Shown piece after piece: positions 53,068-64,000 of a DNA stretch of 64,000 bases. The translations under genes were made by a program, and so were the position numbers. The notes beneath the pieces were generated by a model, which was not told where the DNA came from, searched no databases, and was given only the letters and a program-made list of their open reading frames with translations. Position 1 is the stretch's first letter; the number at the start of each line of letters is the position of its first letter. The stretch comes from Raillietiella orientalis (taxonomy: Eukaryota), in NCBI GenBank assembly GCA_036172245.1, contig JAYWIR010000059.1, positions 62,001-126,000 on the forward strand. The letters are read 5' to 3'.

Positions 53068-56000
53068 TGAGACCTTAAATAACTTAAGGATTTAAATTCT
53101 AATGACTTTTTCACAATTCAGGCTTCTTTAACACCATGCTTTTAAGTAGCAACTATTAATTTAAACAGGCAATCTCCAAAGATCACTCTCTATAGCCTCT
53201 ACATCTCCATCTCAATTTTTGATTTTCTGGCTGAAATCTATAATTTTTTTCAAAAATTTAACAAATACGATGGTGAATGAAATTCTGACAAATCCCAGTT
53301 TGTTTATTCACGGCACAATCTTTGAGGAAGGTAAATATGAGTTTTCTTCTACAGCATGGAGCGATTTCTCTTATCGTGTGAATGAGCAGTACGATCTTGA
53401 GAGCAGAGATTTAAAGAGTGGTAGTGGAAGGAAATTGATTTGACTACCTACTGATATCACAGGTGAATTGATCTAAGGAACATATATTCCTCCTAATATC
53501 ATTATAGGTTCGACAATTAATACTGGAATAGCTTATGATTTAAATTTTTTTTAGGAGCTTCTAAAAGGAATTATGTAACCCTGTTTGTTGCTAATGACGA
53601 AAAGAATATGGAATAGATGCATCATGAATTTCCTGAACTTCAGAGCAGAAATACAATTACGTCTTCAACCAATGTTCGTTGACATTTACTCTTAAAGTGT
53701 ATGGCACGCGATCCTATATTCATAAGATTTTCTGCTTTGCTTGACAATCAGGGAAACGAAAATGTCACGTAATTTTCCAAGCAGATGAACACGTTAGACA
53801 CATAAAGAACAAGCATCCAAATGCAAAATTCTTGCATTTCTCTTACATTCTGCTGTTACTCATTTGAATAAACAACAAAATAAATAAGCCGCTCCATTAA
53901 TAGCTTCTAATAACCTTCCTCCTTTTCTATGTGATTTCTTACTTTCAGTCTATTCCTAAACAATTTTGCAAGTAATTTTTAAAATATTCACTTTGAGATT
54001 AGAATTTAAAATTTTTGAGATTGTGAGATTTAAAAATGAAATTTGAGCTTTTTCGAGTTTCCTCAAAATTTTAATTCCAAAGACAGATCTTCTCTCAAAC
54101 ATTGCAACAATTTCTCACACATTTTCTAAACAAGGGCTTAAACCAATACTTGATCTTGAAATTCAACAGTTTCAATACCGGAAGTATTGTGTCCTACCCT
54201 CAAATTTATATTATATTATATTCAAACTCTGTAATTTTAAACTAAATAACACCTATGGAGACTACTTTTTCTAAGATTGTAAGCATTACTATGTGATTCT
54301 GTGAAACTATAACGTTAAATATTATGGTATGAGAAGTTACAACATTAAGTATTTTTGGTAGATGATCTCATTCGAATAACAGCACATTAGAAATTCCTTT
54401 GCTGATGGTATATCCCTTAAATCAAATTCCAATCTGTCAAAGGGACAGCAACTAGCTTATAAAATATAAACATCCTCTAGTCTCTGTTTCTTCGATGTAA
54501 TACTTACTTAGTACACTGAATGGACATCAAAATTGATAAACCTTGTTTGCCTACAATGGCTGTTAAAAAATTTTCCCTACTGTCAAACCTTGTCAATTTT
54601 AGTTTGCTCCCTAGAATCCATATCCAGCCAAACAAGAATGTCATTCATTCTCTGTGATTTGTATTAAGATCATCAATGTGAAGTTGCTTACATGTTTTAC
54701 GAATTAGTGTTGTATGATGAGCTAACCTTTTCGTGTCAAACCTTCAACCTTCCCTTAGGCACTGGGAGTTCAGTTGGTTCAGTTGGCGGTTTCTGTATTG
54801 ACCCAACGTCTGCAGCCTCTAATGTTTCGTCTCATCTAATCAGCGACTCACAGTCGCTGCTTAAATGAGGATCAAGGAGCTCACTCATAGTTATCCACCG
54901 ACTGAGAAAGACTTGCCTTCATTTCTGCAGCTCCCGGATTGTTCTTGATCTGCAGAAATGAAAATCAGTCTTTCCCATTCGGTGGATATCTATGGTGAGC
55001 TCCTAGATCATCATCTGTGAATCTTACTTCATCTATTAGTTTTCGAAGCTCTCTGAGCTCTCAAGCAACGCTGCACCCGTATATCATTGATGTCAGCCTT
55101 CCAGAGTTCCCAGAAATCTAGAGCTCGCAAGAGCTCAGAGTTCAGAGGAGAAATCGGAGAAACTATTCTGGAAGTTTCTGTAATCTGAACGAACCAGCGA
55201 TCCAAAAAGGAACTGAAATTTAGCCTGCTGATCGTACCACCAAAAAGTACTGCAGAGAACTGGAACACAAGAAAGATTGCATATTTCTTAAGGACGGATC
55301 AGAATCGCAAACGATTTTTCATGAACGTAAAGTTACTGGAATGGAGCTCTAAAGTGGAAAAAAAAATCCCCCTCGATTGGATGCATTCTGAAGTTTCTGC
55401 GATGATGAGCGGAGCCAAATGCACCCGTATATCATTGATCTTTGTGTTAAGAGAGAATTTAATGGGCCAACGGAGAGATTTATCAATAAGTTTGGCGTAT
55501 CGTACAAATGTGCTGGATTTCTCTTCCGCCATTTTCAGGATTTGTTCTATCAGCGCTGCCATGTTCACGCTCATGAAACTTTCAGATGCTGAGACGGCTG
55601 TAAGTACACTTTCTTGGAAAACAGCGCTGCACTTCCCGAAAGCAGAGGCACTGCTTGTTGAGGCACCTGCTGTTGTCGGGGATTCCTTTAGTTTCATTTA
55701 GACGGTGAGTCCTGAGGCGGTGTCTTAGACTGGATAGCGCTGATGTCGCGAGACTCATGCGGTCCTAACACCGTGAGCAATCTCAAGTTCCCGTGCGGTC
55801 TCATCGTTCTTCTGTCCCAGGAAGACCTCAACCAACGTTGGCACCGGAGTCTGCGCTCCTCCTCTGCAGCAAACACCAAACGGTGATCTGATTCTTCTTC
55901 CAAAGTAGCAGGCATCTAGCTGCAGTTTCGAGCCGCTAAGTTCCCAGGCTGCAGCCCACCAGTTTTCTACATTCCTTCAACGTGATTCGCTCTGCCTGCC

Positions 56001-57583
56001 TGCTGACAATGAGACCGGCAACCTGTAGGCAGTGATCGGGAATGCACATCTTCTGCACAAGCGATCCTCATCTTCCCTCGTGAGTGCCTCCACGGGCAGC
56101 AGCAACTTGGGGTTAGACACATGTACGAAGCGATGCTAGGAGGATCGCATATGAGAAAGAATTGGCTCACGCACGGTGGTGTCCTACGAAGGTCATGGCT
56201 TTCCCTTCTCCCGGTGTTCTTCCACAAAGGAAGGCTAAGCTAAACTGCGGCGAACAACCCGGATATTGGAGCTGAATGTAAGTTTCATGGAATTTTCCAG
56301 ATCTGCATCCGTGGATGAGCAGAGTTACAAGTACGTATGGCAGGGAAAGCTCCAAATGGGCGGTGAGGAGACCTCGACATCTTGAAGCAGCTGTCAACGG
56401 CAAAGTTGCAGCTTCTGAAAGTTCGTGAGACCAGGATATTCCTTGAAGTGCTCAAGATGAAGCCACGTTCGAGAATGAGAAGAAAGGGAGGAGGATATTT
56501 CCGCTATTTCCACAGTCCTCTCCTTATCGACTATGGCTCCACTCCTTCAGCCGGATCATCTGGTCCTTTGGATAAGGCCATCGAAGTTCGCCCCTCTTCT
56601 GCTATATACTCATGGACTTCAAATTCTACGTAGCAGGATCGAAGAGAACATCCAATTAAGTGTAGTCAGGCAGATGTCTATCGATTTTGAATCCCGATGT
56701 CTCGAGTTCGATTTGGGGTTCTCGGATCGCACCTTCAACGCTGATGCTCTCCCTCAAGCTTCCAGGTGAGTGGGTGTTCTCTTTCGAGTGCTAAATCCGA
56801 GACTTCGCATTCCGCATCCGATACACCAGAATTGCTCATTGTTAAACGTTGTTGCGTTTCAAGGAGTCATCGCATCCGTCGATTGGACCTTCTTTTCTTG
56901 TAAATGGAATTGCTAGCTGATCTCCATGACATGATTCAGGCTTTGGGTCCAGTAGCTGCTTCTACTGTACCTGATATGGATGATAGTATGAATTCCTTTG
57001 GAAGTTTGGTGCGTCACCGAGAGATTCCCAGTTCGTGAAGTGTTTCGTTGTTGTCTTAGATTTCCGGATCTGGATCTTGAAGTGCTTGATCGACCCTGGT
57101 GATCCTACGAGGATTGGACGCGCTGGCGTTTTGATCCTTTTGGAGAACATCAGGAAGGAGATGTAACGATATTTGCTCTTCCTGATGCTCTCGAGTCAGC
57201 ATGAGTGCTCCCAGAGCGTTGTAGGAGGCACAATCCACGTTCAGAATGAGAGCTCTATTTCTTCAGCACAACAGGAGACCAGAGTGTTTTCTGAAAGCCT
57301 AAGTCTGGTGTCTTCTGTCCTCGAGAGACCACTTCCTTTGTTCCCTGTGCTGCCTTCGCGATGAGGCTAGCAAACTATCCCTGCTGCTGTTGGAACAGAC
57401 GGAAATGTCTTCGGCAGTGCTTTAAGATTCGGGGTAAGCTTTCCCACACAAACACATCTGATACGTCTACGGCAAGTTCGATCTTCGCCTTATCTTCTGG
57501 ATGGCTTCTCTCATGGCCAGCATCCTCAGCCCAGAGGCGCATATGAATCTGTAGCGTGAAAATCGTAGGCAGTCTCCGGGAAA

Positions 57584-59762
57584 TTTGTTACCCGGTTACG
57601 CCGGGACATTTATTTCAAACCGGTCGGGAACACAGTTCCCAGCCAAGACAACAAAAGAAGAAAGGGAGAGTCCTCCGGTACGCAGGCCGAAAAAATGGAA
57701 TGACCGGAACGGTAGTAGACCGGGTAGGGGATAAGGGGCAACACACAAAAAAAAAGTCAAGATGGGAGGGAAGGGGCAGGAATCTTTGGTGACGCTCCGT
57801 ATTCACCGGAATACAAAAAAGAAGAAAACAGCACCAAGAAAGTTACGGAGCGTGTGGGAAGCGGAATACGAAAACACACACACACAGAAGAGATGAATGG
57901 AAGGAGAGGATAAGGATCATCGGGTTCACCGTTCCAAGTCATCTGACCATGGATGCCGGTGATCTCCTTATTTTCTTCTTCCAGGTGAGGCCACCTTATA
58001 GCTTCCCCGATGTGGGTAGCTGCCATCTTGGTGCTTCCCTCCTATGCGCAGTGATTTCCTGCACCTCTCGGGCCGAAACGATAGCCCGGAGGCAACCCAT
58101 GGTTGCGATGATTGCTCCCGTCGAGCGACCGTTCGCAGCGAAGAACCGCCTCATCAGGTCTCTTACGGTATCCTCCTGGTGCAGGGGTGCTGTTGCCAGC
58201 CTCCGCCACAGTCTTTGAAGAGTACCGCAGTCCAAAAGTATGTGCGGGATCGACTCCGTCTCCCCGCACCTGCCACAGTTCGCGAACACAACCCTTCGGG
58301 AAATTCGATGCCGTCGCTCGTTGCACTGGAATCCTCCGTGAATGAAGAGTATTACGGCCTGTTTCCACGCAAGGGGAAACAGAACCGTCCACACAATGGA
58401 AAGGGAACACTAGTTCCTCGGGGGAAACACTGAGAAGTTCTCTCCATCGAAGGAGTCCCTTCGCCATAGCGCGAGGAATGGCAGCATCCTCCAGCTCGCT
58501 CGTCTCCTAGTCGCCGAGTTTTCTTCTTCCCGCGATGGTGCAGGAAACCTTCCACCTCGCCGATGGGCTGCTGTCTTCTCTTGCCCTGAGGGCAGACAGA
58601 CTGCGGCGAGGGGCGTGGCGGTTAGCGTGGGAAACTTAACCGCGTCCTGCATCACCTCTTCCAGCGGTCGTGGTAGGAGATTTCGCAGGGGACGAAGATC
58701 TTCAGGGTGCATTCCTTGGAACACCGTCAGGACTCAACAGACTCCTGCCACCAAGCGTTAAAGTTTATTGGCGGCAGGAGATCCACGAGCGGGTTTCAGA
58801 AGTGAAGCGAGTTGCCTCAGCGGGAAACCGAATCCCTGCATCCTGTATTGAGTACCCGGCACCAGCGAGAGCAGTCCTTTGCTGCTGGCGCATCTCCGCA
58901 GGAGAAGGTGCATAGGTACACACATCGGGGAAATCCACAGCTTGGCACACAGTGCCAGCATTCGAAACTGCATCCCTATTTGCTCCATTGTCAGGATATC
59001 CAAACCAGCATTCCGACGTGGAGCCACCAAGTCCTTAAGGAGAATCCAGGACCTCGCCGTTCCCCAAAGAGCGTTCCTGAGCAGGCGCTGAGCCCGCTGC
59101 TTTGCTTCGTATGGGGGTTCGCACACAAAAAACAGGGAACGGAGGAGGACTCCCACAGAGGTGTTCTCGATAACTGCCCGTTTTGTGGCAAGGTAAACTT
59201 GCCGCGAAGGAACGGATTCAGGGGCAAATCTGCCTTTTAAAGACAATCCGACCACGCTTCGATAGTGTCGAAGTCGCCCAACGAAACGTCAAGGGGGATC
59301 CCCAGGCGGATCCAGTCGGACTGCCCCTCCCACAACGCACCCGCAGGAACGACCACACTCTTTCTCTGTTTACGCTCACGCCCGCTCCCCGACGAATCAG
59401 CTCGAAGAAATCCTAGAGACTGGAGGCTGGGGTGGACACGGGTAAAAGAAGAAGCAGGTCATCTGCATAGGATGCCACGGCAGGCGTTCTAGGGCAAGAG
59501 CTTGGTTAGTGAGCCAACATCAGCCTGTACGCCCTCAGAACCAACTCGAAGTAGATGCTGAAGAGAAACGGGCTTCAGCTATCGCCTTTACGGATGCCCC
59601 TACGCACGGGAATGCCATATAACTGGCAGCCGCTGAAAGTGACGCAGGTGAGCACGAGACTCCAGCAAGGGCGCAAGTAGACTAGTAGTTGTGCTGGGAG
59701 ACCAAAGCGTTCCAAAAGCTCCAAAAGAAGCTCCTGGTTGACGCAGTCGAAGGCCTTTGCCT
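57584..59762 (-). mobile_element. Decayed Tx1-like copy C (from RT motif KAFD to the 3' end)
   Basis: Minus strand reads AKAFDCVNQELLLELLERFG near 59700-59760, DWIRLGIP, RWRELL.VSPEE and CGRCGETESIPHILLDC, then a U-rich UTR and AATAAA + stem-loop at 57584-57613. Confidence 0.85.
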
Positions 59763-61228
59763 ATGTGGAAGAGGGGTATAACCCATCACTATTCTACAAG
59801 GTAGGAAATTTGTATTCTGCTGAGAGTGCGCGCGCCTTTTCGAAGGGGATGCGCGCTCTCGATGTTAAAGAAGAGGAGCTCTGCGCTATGACCATTCGTA
59901 GCGGGGGGCAGTACGTAGAGGTGATCTGCAAACATGCAGATCTGGCCCAACGTCTGCTTAAAACCCCCGTGGTAATGGGGACACGCAGGCTCCTTCCCGT
60001 TACGGCGGACCACAGTATGGTGGTCCACCTTTTAGGAGTTACCGCGCGGATGCGGAAAGAACAGTTACGCGCCGCGTTGGGAAAAGAAGGCACGGTCCAT
60101 GCAGTATGGACCAAGCCTAGTCCTTTCGAGGACTATACCACAGTTCAGTGCGGCCTCACGGCTGCCCGTGTAACCGTTCGGGAGGGCTCTACCCTTCCCC
60201 ACAAACTGGTGGTCGGCGGAGAAAGCGTCGACCTCTGGTACGTGGGGAAGCCCAAATACTGTGGCTTCTGCAACACGTCGGGACACCTCAAAAGGAGGTG
60301 CCCCAACGTACAGTGCCTGGTATGCGGGACAATGGGCCACACGAAGGAAGTGTGTCCACAATCCGCTGTGCGCGTGGTTTCCGCGAGGAACCTAAAAAAA
60401 CGCGCACGGCTGCTACAGAAAAAACTGGCGGCGAAGGCTGCCGCTCAAGCTGTGCCACCCACTCCCGTGGTCCAGGCCTCAGCCGACACCCCGGCAACGA
60501 ATGCCGAAAAGATTGACAAAAGCGGTCAGGTGTTGGAATGGCAAGAAGTCACAGCGAAAAAGAAAAAAAAGTCGAAGAAAGAACGACGAATCGAAAAAAA
60601 GCTCGCCTACCAAAATAAAAAACAGCAGGTTAGCGAGAATTTAAAAGAATGCAGCGTCGTCGTGGAACGCGTCCCCGCCGAACGCCGCAAGGTAGAAATC
60701 GCTGCTACCGACGAGCAACCCACTGTTGAAAATGTCAACAGCGTGGGGAGCGAACCGGCGGAAGCGTCCGTCATCGAGACCGTGATCGATGACGCCGCCT
60801 TCGAGAGTGCGGCGGAGGAGCTGGCTGCATCGTTGCAGCCAGACCCCTCCAAGGCTGGCAAAAAGGCAGTGAGGCGTCCGGCCTCCACCGAGGAGTCGGT
60901 AACTTCCGACCCCGAAGCGCAGGCCGGAAACCAAGTTTCCATCTCCGCGGCACCCCGCCGGAAGGCTGGAAGGAAGTCCAGCAAACAACGGAAAGCCTCT
61001 CTCCAGGTCGAAGGCGTGGAGATCACTTCCGACTGCGAGGGTGCCATGAGCGTGGGAGAATCCCGGGAATCGTCACCCGAGAGACCACCACGCATAGACA
61101 CGGAGGAGATGGGAGGGGTTGAAGCCGGAAAGGTACCCAAGGTGCCTGAGGAGGCTGAAACCCTAATGGTCATCTCACCCGCCTCGGAAGAGGCGGGTTC
61201 CCCCACACCGTCATCTTCCCGGCAGTAA
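59763..61228 (+). CDS. Retrotransposon ORF1 (RRM-like region, two CCHC zinc knuckles, basic/acidic tail); probably 5' truncated
   Basis: YVGKPKYCGFCNTSGHLKRRCP and CLVCGTMGHTKEVCP. The frame is open to TAA at 61226-61228. The first ATG in the element is near 59849. Confidence 0.85.
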
Positions 61229-64000
61229 TGCCGGGAATCTCCTCCCGCCGTCGTCTGCGCATCGCCGTTTGGAACGTGAACGGCATGACAGACGCCGGCA
61301 GGAGACGAGACATGGCCGCCATTCTAGGATCGTTCGACCTTGTGCTGCTGCAGGAGATCCATGTGATCTCTGCAGAACAAGCGCAGGAGATCGAACGCAT
61401 CTACGGAGGGCGGCTGTGGTATCGGTGTGGAACATCGAGAAGTTGTGGTGTCGCCTACCTGCTTCGGCCCGCCGTCGAGGCCGCCGCCCGTGCAGTTCGG
61501 TTCGACGATCACGGTCGTGTCGGCCAGCTGACTCTCAGCTGGTCCGACTCGATCGACCTTATCGTTACGAACGTTTACGCCCCGAGCGGAGCGGACCTGA
61601 CGAACAGGAGGGCCAGGAAAGAATTTTTCCTTGCCCTCCATCGCGACTGGTTGACCGAGGCAGGCGTGCGGAATGCCCATCTGGTTGCAGGCGATTTTAA
61701 CGTTCGTCTGAAACCGGATGGGCCGAATCACGAGCGTGACCTGGTCAACGAGGTGTGCGCGGCGGTGCACACTTGTAATTTGTTGGCCAGTGTACCAGGG
61801 ATGGAGGACAACATCGATCACGTGTTCCTTGACGAGCACCTGTGCACTCGTGTGGGCAGGCGCTGCAAGTTGCCGTGCAAGTTGTCCGACCATCGACCAA
61901 TCGTGATTGAAATCCATCCGCGCGACAGGGGCCCCCCCTCGTCAGCGTGACGTTTGCCAGGGGACTGGCTGAAGCTCCCGGACGCGACGAAACATCTCCG
62001 CACGTTTATACGGAGCTTTAGGATGCAGACACTTCAGGATTGGGACCGCTTCAAACGGTCGGTCCAGGAGTTCTGCGACCAGTTCCCTCTGCACCGCCTA
62101 CCTGCGGGATTTGGGGACGGGGTACGTAACGAACGAGCCTATCTGCAGGCTCGCCGTTACGCCAGGACCCCCGACATCCGCAGGCTGGCGGAATACAAAG
62201 CGGGAGCCGAAAGGCAAGCCTGGCAGTCAGGATCGGCCAGCTTGCTGGACGATCAGGGCCAGGAGCATTCGGCACCCGCTCAGATCCGCGGTCTGCTGCG
62301 GCGTTTTTACTCCTCCCTGTACGCAAGAACGCCTCCCGAGCGGGATTTCTCACGAATCCTGCTTCCGGAAGGCGCTCCTGCGATCGGGGAAGAGGAGAAA
62401 AAGTCCCTCGACGAGTCTTTCACGATGGGCGAGATCATCTCGGCCATCGGAAAGCTCAAGAGGCGAAAGGCTCCAGGGGAGGACGGCCTGTCCGCGGAGT
62501 TTTATCAAACTTTCGCGGCTGAGCTAACCCCCCTGGTACATCAACTCACCTTGCTGATACGCGAGACAGGTGACGTTCCCGCCTCGTTTCGTTCGGCAAA
62601 GGTGCGGCTTCTCCCTAAGGGAGGAGATTTGAGGAGCATGAACAACTGGCGTCCCATCACAATAGTGAATGCGGATGCCAAGTTGATAGCTAAGGTTTGG
62701 GCTGAGCGTTTGGGACGGGTTGCAAACGCCTTCATCAGCCCGGAACAGACGTATGCTGTTCCGGGGCGAAGCATGGAGACGAACCTGTTCCACGCTTCCA
62801 CCTGGCTAGAGCTCCAACACGAAAGGGGCTTGATGCGCACCGGGAATTCCGGTGAGTCCGTCAGTCATGCGACGGATGGTCGGATGGGGGAGGGAGCACT
62901 TGCGGTCGCTGTCGACTTGCGTAAAGCATTCGACAGCGTCGACCAGAATCTCCTGCTGGAGCTTTTGGAACGCTTGGGCTTCCCGGCCTCATTATTGGCC
63001 TATCTGCGCTCTAGCTGGCGCGATGCGCTAATCAATGTTACTTTCAGCGGGCATACTGTTCACGGCGTGCCGGTGCGACGTGGGATCCGGCAAGGAGACA
63101 GCCTGATTCCCTTGCTCTTCAGTACCTACTTTGAGTTGGTACTGAAAGCGTACAGGGAAACTCTGGCGCACCTGCCGCATGAATGCGCCGGAACGCCTGC
63201 GGTTTCAGCATATGCGGACGACCTCCTGCTACTGCTCCCTATGTCCACTCCGGCTTCGGTGGTCGAGAAGTTCTTCGACCTGCTGAATCGAGGAACTGGG
63301 CTTACGGTGAACAGGGCGAAGTCGTCCGTGATGCCAGTTGGTGCGGCGTGGGCAGGGCAGCAGGACTGGGTCCGTTTGGGGATCCCCACGGTGAGGTACT
63401 CCAAGTACCTTGGTGTGCCGTTGGGGGACTACTCCCCTGCAGAAGCGTGGTCCGGCTGCCTTCAAAAAGTAGAGACGGCTATCGGCCCGTTCCGAGGCGG
63501 CAGGTTTTTCCTGCCTGAACGGGCCGCGGTTTGGAACATGTTCGCGGCTCCTCTCCTCCGTTCCCTGCTTTTTGTTTGCCCCCCCCCACAGAGAGGATCA
63601 AAAAGCGGACGAAGGACCTCCTCCGTATCGCCCTTTGGGGCAACGGGAGGGCCCGAGTCCGCTTGAAGGACTTGTGCGCTCTGCGTCGGGACGGCGGTCT
63701 CGGCCTCCTGACATTGGAGCGGCTGGAGCTTCAGCTCCAGTTTCGGATGACGGCCGTTGTGCAAGAGTTGTGGTGCACCTGCTGGTGCATCCCTGCACGC
63801 CTCCTCGTCAAGAAAGCCACCGGGAAGATGGGACTCACGTCCTTTCTTTCACTCCATCGCTCCCGCATCAACCGCTGTGGGCTCCAGCTGCGGAGGGTTG
63901 CTGCCTTGGTTCGGAAAAACTACGGATGGATCACCTGTCGCCCCGCGAACGGTTGTGCCTGGTTGCAGGAAACCGTTTGCACGTGGGCACAGTGCGGCAT
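61228..64000 (+). pseudogene. Retrotransposon ORF2 (APE endonuclease + reverse transcriptase), disrupted
   Basis: EN motifs WNVNG, LLQE, NVYAP, GDFN, IDH, SDH. RT motifs WRPIT, DLRKAFDSV, GIRQGD, YADD, KYLGV. In-frame TGA at 61948-61950 and a frameshift near 63580. Confidence 0.9.

Larger units (their letters stand above)
59763..64000 (+). mobile_element. Tx1/L1-clade non-LTR retrotransposon copy D, near complete (no 5' UTR visible; runs off the window end)
   Basis: ORF1, APE endonuclease and RT occur in canonical order. Few lesions (TGA at 61948; a frameshift in the poly-C run near 63580). Confidence 0.93.

Noticed and set aside
55700..57300. Possible BEL/Pao gag relic on minus
   Set aside because: Only scattered Cys/His spacing, with no LTR, protease or RT motif recognisable.
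59738..59765. ORF1 start at the TTG given by the ORF track
   Set aside because: These first codons are the antisense of the KAFD motif of copy C, so the ORF only reads across the junction.
61948..61950. Programmed readthrough of the in-frame TGA between EN and RT (UGA-C context)
   Set aside because: The older copy has TGG at the matching site (SPWQLPGD near 15175-15200 vs SA*RLPGD), and Trp is typical here in Tx1/L1 ORF2. A simple nonsense mutation is the better explanation.
57584..64000. Copies C and D as one twin-primed insertion
   Set aside because: D extends well past the KAFD junction point and overlaps C's region, with clear divergence and much less decay. They are independent insertions.

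Overview
Eukaryotic, animal (arthropod-like) genomic DNA in three compositional blocks. (1) About 1-23 kb is GC-rich. It holds an intronless SLC35G1-type EamA transporter (5' partial), a decayed Hsmar1-like mariner inside an AT-rich island, and many nested fragments of one Tx1/L1-clade non-LTR retrotransposon family. (2) About 24-55 kb is AT-rich and holds five spliced genes with mostly very short (38-57 nt) introns: an F-box/LRR gene, an RSKR-like AGC kinase, SNAP29, CUSTOS and DDX52. (3) About 55-64 kb is GC-rich again, with a decayed minus-strand Tx1-like copy abutting a near-complete plus-strand copy (ORF1 with two CCHC knuckles, then APE endonuclease and RT). The most interesting observations are: the ORF1/ORF2 TAATG stop-start overlap sits at the apex of a perfect 9-bp GNRA hairpin; three copies share an AATAAA + stem-loop 3' end with no poly(A) tail (two are bounded by target-site duplications); one copy is a twin-primed 5'-inverted insertion nested in an older copy; the F-box gene ends in an array of symmetric phase-1 micro-exons; the RSKR-like kinase lacks its Gly loop and alphaC Glu; and three introns may be GC-AG. 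All exon models and family assignments were made by eye, without alignment tools.
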